From contig OY820905.2 in assembly GCA_963555755.3 (NCBI GenBank), forward strand, positions 3,648,001 through 3,712,000: 64,000 bases of DNA, read 5' to 3'. The stretch is from Nitrospirales bacterium (lineage in GTDB: Bacteria > Nitrospirota > Nitrospiria > Nitrospirales > UBA8639). Position 1 is the first letter of the stretch. Each line of letters begins with the position of its first letter. Of the stretch, positions 1 through 10,149 are shown in pieces. The notes beneath the pieces were generated by a model. It was not told the DNA's origin. It did not search any database and worked only from the letters and a program-made list of their open reading frames with translations. The position numbers were made by a program, and so were the translations under genes.

Positions 1-193
1 TGTCTGGCGGCGTTGTTCGTCCTTTCCATAGGAGGAGTATGCGCAGTCCTCGCGTCTTGCCAGACAGGTGTCTCAGCACCGAAACAGGGGAAGTTATTTT
101 TGCGCGAACCCTAAGGTGACCACGACTTTTTGTATTTCACCATGCACGCCAATATCTTACACGTCTTTTTTGTGCCCAACTGCCGTTTCTAGG
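1..193. mobile_element. Partial composite MITE: family A (1-111, reverse orientation) nested inside family B (right end at 193)
   Basis: Matches the A copies at 34442, 48999, 53243 and 55315, and the B right arm ...ccaactgccgtttctagg followed by ttgaa. Confidence 0.85.
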
Positions 194-241
194 TTGAAAT
201 TGCTATCGCCATCCCAAGATCTAGTTAACGTGTTAACTTAA

Positions 242-383
242 GGGCACCTCTAAAAACCGTCCTTTTCCGTGATGGCGGCGTCAGCCGCGTGCTCACATCC
301 TCATGTATTCGCCCATACACTCCGGTTTTCCGCGCGCGGCTTCCTTGCCCTCACAAAAAATGCCTGGTTTTTTAGAGGTGCCC
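242..383. mobile_element. MITE family C
   Basis: Terminal inverted repeats gggcacctctaaaaacc/ggttttttagaggtgccc; near-identical copy at 15315-15455. Confidence 0.85.
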
Positions 384-503
384 ATAACATGTTAACGTCA
401 AATGATTAACAGTATATTCCTCCCAAACCGTGAGTCCTACCTTTTAAATGTATAACTCACTGAGATACTGGCACTTTCAGGAACTATCAATTGAAGACAA
501 TTG

Positions 504-519
504 TGGCACTCAATTTGCT
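504..519 (+). promoter_or_regulatory. sigma54 (RpoN) -24/-12 promoter
   Basis: TGGCAC-TCAAT-TTGCT is an exact match to the TGGCAC-N5-TTGCW consensus, about 40 bp upstream of the ATG at 562 (RBS ggagg). Confidence 0.75.
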
Positions 520-561
520 TAATTAAGGTGTAGGAACCCTTTCATCACGGGAGGTGCCAGC

Positions 562-1989
562 ATGATTCTCAAACAATACTATCTTGGTTGCCTGGCTCAT
601 GCGTCGTATTTGGTTGCGGATGAAGGCACAAAGATTGCCGCGGTTGTTGATCCTCAACGAGATATCCAGCAATACCTGAACGAAGCCGATACTCAAGGGT
701 GGCAGATACGGTATGTGTTCCTCACGCATTTTCATGCAGATTTTTTAGCAGGGCATCTTGAATTGCGAGAACGAACGGGAGCGCAAATTTGTTTGGGAGC
801 GAACGCTCAAGCAACCTATCCATTCATGGCGTTGGAACATGACAGTGTTGTAGAATTTGGTCATGTGCGAGTGAAGGTCTTGGAAACACCTGGCCACACT
901 CCGGAAAGCATTTCTCTGGTCGTCTATGATCTTGCCAAAAGCGAAACGGACCCCTACGCCGTGTTCACGGGAGACACCCTCTTCATCGGGGACGTTGGGC
1001 GCCCGGACCTCATGGCCTCGATTGGAATCAGCGACACGGAGTTGGCCGAAATGCTCTACGATTCTCTCCACAACACACTCTTGAAACTGCCAGATGCGAC
1101 CCTGGTCTATCCAGCTCATGGTGCCGGGTCTATGTGTGGACGAAATCTCAGTACCGATACCGTTTCCACCATAGGCACTCAGCGGTCGGAAAATTATGCC
1201 CTTCAACCCATGAACAAAAATACATTTGTCAGCATGATTACCAGAGGGCAACCCGAGGCGCCCGTGTACTTTGGCTATGATGCCAAGCTCAACAAGGAAG
1301 AGCATGCGACTCTCACAGATGTTGTGCGTCGAGGCCTCACACCGCTTTCTTTGGATGAACTGTTAGAGCTGCAAAGCCGCGGAGCTCAAGTGGTTGATGT
1401 GCGTGATCCCATGGACTATGCAGGTGGACATCTTTCCGGGAGTCTCAACGTTGGCGTGAATGGCAAGTTTGCCACCTGGGCGGGAATCATCCTTGATCCT
1501 GAAAAACCCATTGTCCTCATTGCCGAACCTGGTCGTGAGGAAGAGGCCATCATGAGGCTAGGACGAATTGGATATGATCATGTTGCCGGGTACCTCGAAA
1601 CCGGAATGCACGCGTTGGGGACCCACCTCGAACTTGTGCGTGAGACTCAACGAATTACGGTAGCGTCGTTGGCGGCGGAACTCTGCACCAGTCATCCCCC
1701 TTTGGTATTGGATGTTCGAACAGAAAGGGAGTGGGAAGAGGGACATATTGATCACAGCCTCAACATCCCCCTTCCGCATTTAATGGAACGACAGAATGAA
1801 ATCCCGTCTGGGCAGAAATTGGTCGTGCATTGTGCGAGCGGATATCGTTCCTCAATCGCCACAAGTTTATTGGAAAAAGAACATTGGCCCGAGACGATAG
1901 ATCTTATCGGCGGCTACGAAGCGTGGGAGAAAACGTGGGGCAGCCATGGTGTGTCCCCTCAGGTGGCATGCACGACTCACCCCGGGTAG
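562..1989 (+). CDS. MBL-fold persulfide dioxygenase fused to two rhodanese domains (CstB-like)
   Basis: THFHADF, TPGHTPE, GDTLFIGDVGRPDL and HGAGSMCG motifs; C-terminal rhodanese active loop CASGYRS. Confidence 0.9.
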   Translation: MILKQYYLGCLAHASYLVADEGTKIAAVVDPQRDIQQYLNEADTQGWQIRYVFLTHFHADFLAGHLELRERTGAQICLGANAQATYPFMALEHDSVVEFGHVRVKVLETPGHTPESISLVVYDLAKSETDPYAVFTGDTLFIGDVGRPDLMASIGISDTELAEMLYDSLHNTLLKLPDATLVYPAHGAGSMCGRNLSTDTVSTIGTQRSENYALQPMNKNTFVSMITRGQPEAPVYFGYDAKLNKEEHATLTDVVRRGLTPLSLDELLELQSRGAQVVDVRDPMDYAGGHLSGSLNVGVNGKFATWAGIILDPEKPIVLIAEPGREEEAIMRLGRIGYDHVAGYLETGMHALGTHLELVRETQRITVASLAAELCTSHPPLVLDVRTEREWEEGHIDHSLNIPLPHLMERQNEIPSGQKLVVHCASGYRSSIATSLLEKEHWPETIDLIGGYEAWEKTWGSHGVSPQVACTTHPG

Positions 1990-2001
1990 GAGGAGGAAAT
2001 C

Positions 2002-2574
2002 ATGGTAGAGACAACGGTGGAAGAAAGGGTATATCCGTGGGTACGAGCACAGGACATTTTGCAGGATGGAAAAGTCCGAACGGACTTCCAGCTTGTTGAT
2101 GTTCGGACTCCCGCAGAATTTGGCGAGGTCCATGTCCCGGGGACCTTCAATGTTCCTTTGGCAGATGTGGCCAGCCGTCTCTCTGAGCTTAAAGCCAAGA
2201 GTGAACAGGGGCCCATTGTGTTGCTGTGTCGCACCAAAAATCGGATCAAATTGGCCTATGACCAATTGAATCAGTTCGGTGTCAACAATTGCCATCTTTT
2301 AGAAGGTGGCATTGTCGCATGGAAGGTAGCCGGGCATCCGGTCGTGCAAGGGGAACGAGCGATATCCCTCGAAGGTCAGGTGCGGATGGTGGCGGGAGCC
2401 ATGATTGTTCTGGGAGTCATTCTCGGGGTGACAGTCAATCCATGGTTTTTGGCGATCTCTGCTGGTGTGGGCGCGGGCCTGTTCCAGGCCGGATATACGG
2501 ATTCCTGCTTGATGGGAACCATCTTGGCGAAGCTCCCATTCAACAGGGCAAAGGGTCCTTTGATGCGGACTTAG
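2002..2574 (+). CDS. Rhodanese with C-terminal membrane domain (YgaP/DUF2892-like)
   Basis: DVRTPAEF, CRTKNR loop, LEGGIVAW; two C-terminal TM helices ending in C..GTILAKLPFN. Confidence 0.85.
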   Translation: MVETTVEERVYPWVRAQDILQDGKVRTDFQLVDVRTPAEFGEVHVPGTFNVPLADVASRLSELKAKSEQGPIVLLCRTKNRIKLAYDQLNQFGVNNCHLLEGGIVAWKVAGHPVVQGERAISLEGQVRMVAGAMIVLGVILGVTVNPWFLAISAGVGAGLFQAGYTDSCLMGTILAKLPFNRAKGPLMRT

Positions 2575-2590
2575 TCTTGGGACGACTTCT

Positions 2591-2732
2591 AGGTTCAATT
2601 AACTTCCGTTCTCTCTGCTGATGGCGTAAATCCGAATCTCGAATTTCGAAACAAATCCGAAATCTGAAATTCGAATTATTCAATTTGGTCATTTTCATTA
2701 GTTTCGGATTTCGATATTCGCGCTTCGGATTT
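2591..2732. repeat. Heptamer-repeat hairpin (cgaaatc type) with conserved flank
   Basis: Degenerate 7-mers on both arms; flank tcaattaacttccgttctctctgctgatggcg recurs inverted near 48058-48090. Confidence 0.7.
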
Positions 2733-2822
2733 ACCTCCCGAGTTTTTGCCTTGAGGGTCTGTTGAATATTTCGGGGCCATGACCCATAGATGCTCCAGGG
2801 AAGACGGCGCACATCAGTGGGA

Positions 2823-2968
2823 GGGAATGTTCAAAAAAGCATGCCCTGAGTCTTTCCGAAGGGTCTATCCAGCAAGGCCGCAGCCATTTTGACGCGCGGA
2901 GCGTACTCATAGTACGTGAGCACGGCAAAAGGGCGAGAACGCCGCTGGTGGCTTTTTTCAACATTCCC
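2823..2968. mobile_element. MITE family E
   Basis: Inverted repeats gggaatgttcaaaaaa/ttttttcaacattccc; near-identical to 43416-43561. Confidence 0.85.
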
Positions 2969-2995
2969 TTGAGCTAATTCCTTTTTCGTTTTATC

Positions 2996-4138
2996 GTGGT
3001 AGATATGAACTTCTCAATTTCTGTCACGGCATCCCTCTCTCTTCCGGAATCCGACCCCATCATTCATGGACTGTTGATCTTGGCGTTTCTCGTTCATGTG
3101 TTGTTTATAAATCTGGTTTTGGGGGGGACCATGATTACTGTGATGACGGACGCGATCGGAATCGTGACAGGTAGCGCGTATTACCGGCAGTTGGCGACCA
3201 CCTTGGCCAATTGGTTGCCGGGGTTCCTGGGTGTGGCCGTGGTATTAGGCGTATTGCCGTTGGTGCTGGTTCAGATTCTCTATGGTTCGGTGTTCTCGAC
3301 CGCTGCGAGTCTTCTCGGAGAAGTTTGGATTATAGCGGGCGCTGCTCTGGTGTTGGGGTATGGTGGTCTGTATGGATATAAACAGTGGCGTGGATCTCTG
3401 GCGCAACGCCCAGGGCTTCAACTGGCGGTCGGTGCCCTGAGTAGCATCATGTTTTTGGGCGTGGCCTTTGTCTTTGTCCTGGTGAGTGTGCTCATGCTCC
3501 ATCCCGATCAATGGGCCGCCATAGAACACGCCAGCCTCTGGTCCGTGCTGACACTTCCCTCGCTCATTCCCCGGTTTGGGCATTTGGTGTTGGCGTCCGT
3601 GGCAGGGATGGGCATGTTTCTGGTGTGCTATGGACTCTTCTTGGCTTCGGGTGATCAAGCTCTGACAGACGATGAACCGAAAGAACGATATGCAATCTGG
3701 GTGACCCGTTATGGAGTGGCTTGGACGTTGGCTGGGACGTTGCCACAATTTGTGATTGGCCCGTGGTTATTCTTATCCCTTCCCGCAGTTGTACGGGTAG
3801 ACTTGGTGAGTGGACAGAGTTTTGGCTCCTTGGCCTTTTTCGTCGGATTAACAGCGGCCTTGTTGAGCTTGGTGTTACTCAATGCGGCATTGATGGCCCC
3901 ACATGTCCGTGGGTTAGCCATTGGCGGAACCCTGAGCTTAGTGGTCACGGTGTGTTTGATGGTGGTGGTGCGTCATGCCGTGCGTGTCTCTTGGCTGTCC
4001 CAGCATGATGACGCTGCCATGTTGGCGACTCAGGATCAATGGACTGTGATGTTCATGGTTGGCGCGATGCTTCTACTAGGCCTGGCAATCACCGTCTTTA
4101 TCGTGAGCGCGTATAGGACAACACGGATTGTAAATTGA
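2996..4138 (+). CDS. Polytopic membrane protein, possibly related to cytochrome bd subunit I
   Basis: About 9 TM segments; His in the first helix (VHVLFINLVLGG) and in PRFGHLVLAS, positioned like the CydA heme-ligand histidines. Confidence 0.55.
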   Translation: MVDMNFSISVTASLSLPESDPIIHGLLILAFLVHVLFINLVLGGTMITVMTDAIGIVTGSAYYRQLATTLANWLPGFLGVAVVLGVLPLVLVQILYGSVFSTAASLLGEVWIIAGAALVLGYGGLYGYKQWRGSLAQRPGLQLAVGALSSIMFLGVAFVFVLVSVLMLHPDQWAAIEHASLWSVLTLPSLIPRFGHLVLASVAGMGMFLVCYGLFLASGDQALTDDEPKERYAIWVTRYGVAWTLAGTLPQFVIGPWLFLSLPAVVRVDLVSGQSFGSLAFFVGLTAALLSLVLLNAALMAPHVRGLAIGGTLSLVVTVCLMVVVRHAVRVSWLSQHDDAAMLATQDQWTVMFMVGAMLLLGLAITVFIVSAYRTTRIVN

Positions 4139-4172
4139 TGCCATTCACTTTCACGTCAACGATGTTGGTCTC

Positions 4173-4961
4173 TTGATGGATCTTCAACTTGTCCTCGCGC
4201 TCCTGTGCGGTGGTGTGGTCGGTGTGATGCTTGGCGCGACTGGGGCTGGCGGGTCGATGCTCGCCATTCCTCTGTTAGTGTACCTTGTGGGTGTGCCGGT
4301 TCAGGAAGCCATAGTCATCTCGTTAATGGTCGTGGGGTATTCCGCCTTATTCGGCGCGTGGAGGAAAACTCGGGATCATCACGTCAAGGGAAGAGCGGCC
4401 TTGGTGTTTAGTAGTACCGGGTTGGTGGGTGCGTGGGTTGGCGCTCTCGGTCATACTCTGATCAACGAAAATACGATCCTCCTATTGTTTGGGCTTCTGA
4501 TGGTGGGGGTAAGTGCCTGGTCGCTGGGCCGGAGGAGCCGTTCGATTCCAGATCAAACCGAAGGGTGCGCGCGTCAGTTTTCAATCACATGCGTGAGTCG
4601 GGCATTGAGTATTGGATTTGGCGTAGGAATTCTCACTGGGTTTTTTGGCATTGGCGGAGGCTTTCTCATTGTCCCGGCGTTGATGGGGGTGTTGGGATTT
4701 CCGGCATCCATGGCGGTGGGGACGTCGCTCATGATCATCGCGCTGACAACGATCGGAGGCATTTTTGGACACTTGGAAATGGTTTCCATCGAACTTGGGC
4801 TCACGGCCATCGTGGTGACGGGAAGTCTTCTCGGGATTCTTGCCGGAACCTCGTTGAGTCGCAAAATTGATCACCGACGGTTTACCACGGCGTTTGGCGT
4901 GATGACTGGCATCATCGGTACGTTGATGATCCTTGAAAATCTCAGCCACCTTGTGATGTGA
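4173..4961 (+). CDS. TauE/SafE sulfite exporter family permease
   Basis: Duplicated GxGGG...P motifs (GAGGSMLAIP, GIGGGFLIVP) and AVGTSL. Confidence 0.9.
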   Translation: MMDLQLVLALLCGGVVGVMLGATGAGGSMLAIPLLVYLVGVPVQEAIVISLMVVGYSALFGAWRKTRDHHVKGRAALVFSSTGLVGAWVGALGHTLINENTILLLFGLLMVGVSAWSLGRRSRSIPDQTEGCARQFSITCVSRALSIGFGVGILTGFFGIGGGFLIVPALMGVLGFPASMAVGTSLMIIALTTIGGIFGHLEMVSIELGLTAIVVTGSLLGILAGTSLSRKIDHRRFTTAFGVMTGIIGTLMILENLSHLVM

Positions 4962-4996
4962 GATCCGGTAGCGACGAGCAACAACCGACGTACTTC

Positions 4997-7900
4997 CTAG
5001 GCTGGTACGGCTGGTTGGTAGCGCGCGCGCAACGTTTCCGACTGTGCATGAAACAACTCCACGATGGCATTGGCGGGAACAGCGGGACTAAAGAAAAAGC
5101 CCTGGATCTCATCACAGCCCTGTTCTTCCAGATACTGAAATTGCCCTTCGGTTTCGACCCCTTCAGCAATGACACGAAGATCCAGACTATGGCCCAATGC
5201 GATGATCGCTTTGGTGATAGACGCATCCTGCGCGTTCGTCGTGAGATCTTTGATGAATGCGCGATCAATTTTGATTGTGTCGATGGGGAGGCGTTTGAGA
5301 TAACTGAGCGAGGAGTAGCCTGTGCCAAAATCATCAATAGCGAGCCCGATTCCCAGTTTTTTCAAGTAATGCAGGGTTTTCATGGCTTCTTCCACGTCCC
5401 GCATGACCACGCCCTCGGTCAGTTCGAGCTCAAGGTAATTGGGTGCTAACGTGCCCTCCTTCAGGACGTTTTCAATGGTCACGACCCAATCCTGATCTCT
5501 AAATTGCATACTGGATAGATTCACGCCAATACGGATGGGCGGAAGGCCCTGTTCCCGCCATCGTTGATGTTGCCGGCAGGCTGTGTGCAAGGCCCATTCC
5601 CCAATCGTTTTAATGAGTCCGGATTCTTCCGCGAGGGGAATAAAGTCTGCAGGAGAAATGATGCCTCGTTCGGGATGTTGCCAACGAATCAGGGCTTCCA
5701 CCCCAACGATGTGCTGTTGCCGGATATCGATTTGCGGTTGATAGTAGAGGACAAATTCTGACCGTTTGATGGCTTTGTGCAAATAACTTTCCATGGTGAG
5801 CTTGGCCGACGATGACGCATTCATGCTTGGAGAAAAATAGTGACTCGTATTTCGTCCGTTTTCCTTCGCATGCTGGAGTGCTACTTGTGCGTTTTGGAGT
5901 AGGGTTTCTCCGGTTTCCCCATCGTTGGGGGAAAGACTGATCCCAATACTAGCCGTGATAAAGATTTCCTGTTCTCCAATGTGAAAGGGTCGTGCGAGTT
6001 TGGCGAGTACACGTCTGGCGACAGTGGCGGCATTTTCGACTGATTTGAAGCTGGTCAAGAGGATCGTAAATTCATCGCCGCCAAATCGCGAAAGGGTCGT
6101 GGGTGATTCGGTTTCCTGATGGCGGGCCACGGTATCGCTGCGTCGAATCGAGCGAAGGATTCGTGTTCCGACTTCCTGGAGAAGGAGATCGCCGGTTCGA
6201 TAGCCGAGCGTTTCATTGATGCGAGTAAACCGGTCAATATTTAGCAGCAAGACCGCCAATGGTTGATTCTGCCGCTGTCTGATGGCCAGGGATTGTTCCA
6301 GTAAGGTGTGAAACATGACGCGGTTAGGCAGATTGGTCAGCGGGTCATAATGGGCTAACGTGTGGATTTGGTACTCTTTAAACTTGCGTTCCGTGATGTC
6401 CTGAATGACTCCGGTGATTTGAATGGGCTTCCCGAGATCGTCCAATACCAGTTCGCCCACTTCGCACATGATCCGTTCCCGTCCCTCCTCGGCCACTAAC
6501 CGATATTCCAGATTATAGCCCGTTCGGCTGTGGAGAGCCTGCTGGATGGTGTGGGAACGTTCTTCCCGATCGTTGGGGTGGATTGCCTCCTCAAAGGCTT
6601 CAGGGGTGCCGGGAAACGTGTCGAATGTTTGATCGAGCAGGTGACAGGTTTCTTTTGAAAGCTGGAATGTGCCTTTCCGTAGGTCCCATTGCCAGTATCC
6701 GAGTTGCGCCAGATGTTGTGCTTGGGCAAGTTGGCGCTGGCTTTCCCGGAGGGCCGTTTCCGCTTGTTTCCGTTCTAGGAGTTGACCAATTTGACTGCCA
6801 GCCGAATAAAATAAACTAAGCAAATCTTCATCAATTTTTTGTGGTGCCACGCTGTAGAATTCCATGACCGCTACGGTGTTGTTCCTGATCGTGATGGGAA
6901 ATCCAAAGGCGCTGGTGAGTTGTCCGGAATGGCGCGCCTCCCATTCGAGAAACCCCTCGGAGGAATGAAGCTCTTCGATCCACTCGGGCTTGCCTGTGGC
7001 CCAGACGCGGCCAGCCAAGCCCATCCCCAGAGGCAGAGACGTATGTTTGCAGTGGTCGATGAACGAGACGAATTGGGAGGAAGAGGGAGCTTGGGAATCT
7101 TGGAAGGTTAACAGGGTGTGGTCTTGATCCGCTTCCCAGATGAGCCCAAGGTCCCAGTTCAAAATGAGACAAATGGATTCGACAATGCGAGCAAGGGCAT
7201 CCTTGACCGTTTGGGTCTCTGCGAGAATTCTCGTGATGGCATAGTGGGCGCGTTCTCGTTGTTCCATGGCGGTTCGAGCGGTGACATCCCGAAAGACCAC
7301 GACGGCTCCGGTGATGTGATCTCCGAGTTTGGTTGGGGTGCACACATACTCTGCAATAAAATTGGTCCCATCTTTTCTCCAAAATACTTCCTCCGAACTT
7401 TGCTGGACACAGTGGTCCAAAAGGGGCAGATAGATGGGAAAAGCCGAAAGATCCTGCGGCTCAGATGGCTCTGTGGTTTGGCATAAGATGGTGTGAAGGG
7501 GTTCGCCAATGAGCTCGGCTGAATCATAACAGAGAAGTTCTGCTCCCGAGTTGTTCATGAACGAGACTCGCCCAGATGCATCCAGGCCGCAGATGCCTTC
7601 TCCTGCGGAGGTCAAGAGCAATTGGGTTTGGAGGTTGAGTCGTAACACCTCATCTTGGGCTCGTATGCGTTCTTTCTCCTCTCGGCTCGCCCGAAGAAGG
7701 AAATGAATTCGATAGGGGAGCAATTCCCAATTAATCGGTTTCATGAGAAAATCCGAGGCGCCGACTTCAAAGGCTTTCGTGATGGAATCCACGTTATCAT
7801 GACCGGTGGCTATCAGAACCGGTGTACATTCATAGCCAGAAATTTTCCGAAATTCCGCACAGACTTCAAACCCCGACTTTCCCGGCATGGTGATATCTAA

Positions 7901-8077
7901 GATGATCAAGTCTGCCTTCATGACCCGTAGCATGGCCAGGGCGTGGTCACCGTTTTCAGCCTCTTCGATTTGATATCCGGCTCTGCCCAACGATTGACGA
8001 AAGAGGAGACGAATCGTCGGGTCATCATCGGCAATCAGGATAACGGACTTGGCACGAAGGTGAGATTGGGATTTCAT
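4997..8077 (-). CDS. Response regulator REC-PAS-GAF-PAS-GGDEF-EAL (diguanylate cyclase/phosphodiesterase)
   Basis: ILIADDD...LDITMP...KP receiver; intact RFGGDEF; GVEALIRW, DDFGTGYSSLSYL, AEGVET. Confidence 0.95.
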   Translation of the reverse strand: MKSQSHLRAKSVILIADDDPTIRLLFRQSLGRAGYQIEEAENGDHALAMLRVMKADLIILDITMPGKSGFEVCAEFRKISGYECTPVLIATGHDNVDSITKAFEVGASDFLMKPINWELLPYRIHFLLRASREEKERIRAQDEVLRLNLQTQLLLTSAGEGICGLDASGRVSFMNNSGAELLCYDSAELIGEPLHTILCQTTEPSEPQDLSAFPIYLPLLDHCVQQSSEEVFWRKDGTNFIAEYVCTPTKLGDHITGAVVVFRDVTARTAMEQRERAHYAITRILAETQTVKDALARIVESICLILNWDLGLIWEADQDHTLLTFQDSQAPSSSQFVSFIDHCKHTSLPLGMGLAGRVWATGKPEWIEELHSSEGFLEWEARHSGQLTSAFGFPITIRNNTVAVMEFYSVAPQKIDEDLLSLFYSAGSQIGQLLERKQAETALRESQRQLAQAQHLAQLGYWQWDLRKGTFQLSKETCHLLDQTFDTFPGTPEAFEEAIHPNDREERSHTIQQALHSRTGYNLEYRLVAEEGRERIMCEVGELVLDDLGKPIQITGVIQDITERKFKEYQIHTLAHYDPLTNLPNRVMFHTLLEQSLAIRQRQNQPLAVLLLNIDRFTRINETLGYRTGDLLLQEVGTRILRSIRRSDTVARHQETESPTTLSRFGGDEFTILLTSFKSVENAATVARRVLAKLARPFHIGEQEIFITASIGISLSPNDGETGETLLQNAQVALQHAKENGRNTSHYFSPSMNASSSAKLTMESYLHKAIKRSEFVLYYQPQIDIRQQHIVGVEALIRWQHPERGIISPADFIPLAEESGLIKTIGEWALHTACRQHQRWREQGLPPIRIGVNLSSMQFRDQDWVVTIENVLKEGTLAPNYLELELTEGVVMRDVEEAMKTLHYLKKLGIGLAIDDFGTGYSSLSYLKRLPIDTIKIDRAFIKDLTTNAQDASITKAIIALGHSLDLRVIAEGVETEGQFQYLEEQGCDEIQGFFFSPAVPANAIVELFHAQSETLRARYQPAVPA

Positions 8078-8262
8078 GGGTGTTCCTCGGTCATGTTTTG
8101 GACCATTGATTCCGCCCCCGCGGGATGGGAAGAAGGGATGGTGTGTGCCAATTTGAATTCATCCATATCGGGTAAGTTTTGTCTAATAACCATGGCATAA
8201 AGATGTGGGCCTAGGATGTCCTCTTGGTTGAGGGGGCTGAGTGTCTGTGGTGTGCTGATAAT

Positions 8263-8438
8263 GGAAATGTTGAAAAAGGGCGTCAGCGGCGTTCTTTCTA
8301 AACGTGAAGCGTGAACCGTGATACGTGAAGCGGAAGAGTCGTTTTGTCTTTTACCTTCTTGCTTCCTTGACTCATCACGCATTACGCGTCACCCATTACG
8401 AATTAGGCCTTGCTGAACGCACCTTTTTGGACATCCCC
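8263..8438. mobile_element. Family E MITE whose core is replaced by a heptamer-repeat hairpin
   Basis: E ends (gaaatgttgaaaaagggcgtcagcggcgttc ... ggccttgctgaacgcacctttttggacatccc) enclose cgtga/tcacg repeats; downstream flank matches 34420-34640 without the A insert. Confidence 0.7.
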
Positions 8439-8890
8439 TGTTGCTCTGGCGTTTCATAAGATGAGTCACATGTGAACGGCGTTATGAAAATTTTTTTAAG
8501 TAATCAACGTTCCCATAATAAATTTCCCACATGACAAATCATTCCTCTCATTCGTCTTTGGCAGGGGGAGGCACGAAGGTACACTTCCCCTTGAGCCATG
8601 CTTGGCACTGTGGATTCAAGAGGGCCAATAAGCTCAAAACGCTGACATACAGTTCTCTCGCCTGTTCGTCGGGATCTTGGCATCCTTTCTTAAACGATTT
8701 AGGCGGGCTTGAGAGCGAGAATCGGGTTGGCAGATGAAGATTTTTATCATTTATACCTATGGAAGTAAGGCGGATCGGGGAAGAATGGCCCTGGGAGGCT
8801 GTCCTGGATTAGCGATTGTCACGAGGATGTGCTGGTTTGAGTTAGATGTTTCAATCGTGTGAGACGAATAGTTGGGCTATTCAAGGAAAA

Positions 8891-9015
8891 CGGGGAAGGT
8901 TGAAAAAGGCCGTCCAGCAAGGCCGCAGGGCTTTTGGCGCGCGGAGCGTACACGGAGTACGTGAGCACGCCAAAAGCCCGAGAACGCAGCTGGCGGCCTT
9001 TTTCAACCTTCCCCG
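8891..9015. mobile_element. MITE family E (minimal form)
   Basis: Perfect inverted repeat cggggaaggttgaaaaag/ctttttcaaccttccccg around the shared core. Confidence 0.85.
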
Positions 9016-9216
9016 AAAAGGATGGGAAGATCTGGCCGGATCCAGCACCCCCGCAGTAGATTTGTCTAATTTGGGAAAGGCTCCAAAAAAAAACTAATAA
9101 AAGGAGAAAACTATTAATATTTCTCAAAATTGAACCGAAATATATCGAAATATACCGAAATGCATGGATTAAATCGATGCAATCGGACAAGTCCTATAAG
9201 AAAAGGATGACAAAAG

Positions 9217-9894
9217 ATGAAGATGAATAGGAGAATTGGTAAACACGATCAGGGTTTTACCCTGATCGAAATGATCGGGGTGTTGGCGGTGATCGCTGTA
9301 TTGGTGGCCTTAGTTCTCCCCAAAGTGTTTGGTGTCATCGGTGATTCGAAGGTGAATAGTTTCGCGGCCGCCGTAAGGACCTATGAAACAGCCGTGGTAA
9401 ATTATTACGCAGATATCGGATCGCTGCTTCCTTTAAATGCCTCGGGAGTGCCAACAGCGGAAACGGGAGGAAACAGCACGACGACGATCGGGTTGCCTGC
9501 GCGTTTAATGCTTGATGCCTCAGACGCTTTAAACGATGGCACTGGGAAATGGCCAAAGTTCCACGGGCCCTACCTGGCAAAAATCGATACCGTCTCCTCC
9601 CCGGGCCTTGGCGCGGCCATTACAATGCCTGCTACCTCCCCTGTGGCTTATGCGACGGCCACATCCAGCACCAATCTTGGGTGGGATTTAAACAATGATG
9701 GAAATAGTGATATGGCCACCTTATCGTCTGTCGTGTACGTGTCGGTCACAGACGTAAGTGATTCAGACTTCGAAAAAGTTGACGCTATTCTAGATCCAGG
9801 AATTGGGACAACAACAGCATTGAGGGTTCTTCGCGGGCGAGTCAAGTATGATGCGACTTCTGATGTGCTGCTTGTCTATCTGGCTCATGACTGA
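9217..9894 (+). CDS. Type IV pilin, probable major pilin of an MSHA-like system
   Basis: Class III signal QG|FTLIEMIGVLAVIAVLVALVLP; first gene of the cluster. Confidence 0.85.
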   Translation: MKMNRRIGKHDQGFTLIEMIGVLAVIAVLVALVLPKVFGVIGDSKVNSFAAAVRTYETAVVNYYADIGSLLPLNASGVPTAETGGNSTTTIGLPARLMLDASDALNDGTGKWPKFHGPYLAKIDTVSSPGLGAAITMPATSPVAYATATSSTNLGWDLNNDGNSDMATLSSVVYVSVTDVSDSDFEKVDAILDPGIGTTTALRVLRGRVKYDATSDVLLVYLAHD

Positions 9895-10149
9895 TGAAAA
9901 CGTTATCTTAGGTGATCTCTAAGGAGGAGTAACGGGGGATAAATCTTGCTCACGGTATCACCACTCCTACAGTCACCAAATTCCAGGAGGGCCTAATCCC
10001 TCCAGGTTTCCACCCTTTGGCTAAGAGTCAAATCGTTGAGACACGTTCATGCGAGCATGAAGGTTATTCATCCCAAATCCATCTCCACGGAGATGATGGG
10101 GGTGGTGACGATTCCCATCGCTTGATACCTCCCTAAAAAGTCTTTCTTT

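Noticed and set aside
8074..9190. Short ORFs in the divergent intergenic region (8074-8382, 8531-8737, 8819-9190, 8846-9097)
   Set aside because: Mostly overlap MITEs or lack RBS and motifs
8500..10149. c-di-GMP riboswitch near the pilin gene
   Set aside because: No GEMM-type GGCAAAC...GAAA...GACGCAAAG pattern recognisable by eye
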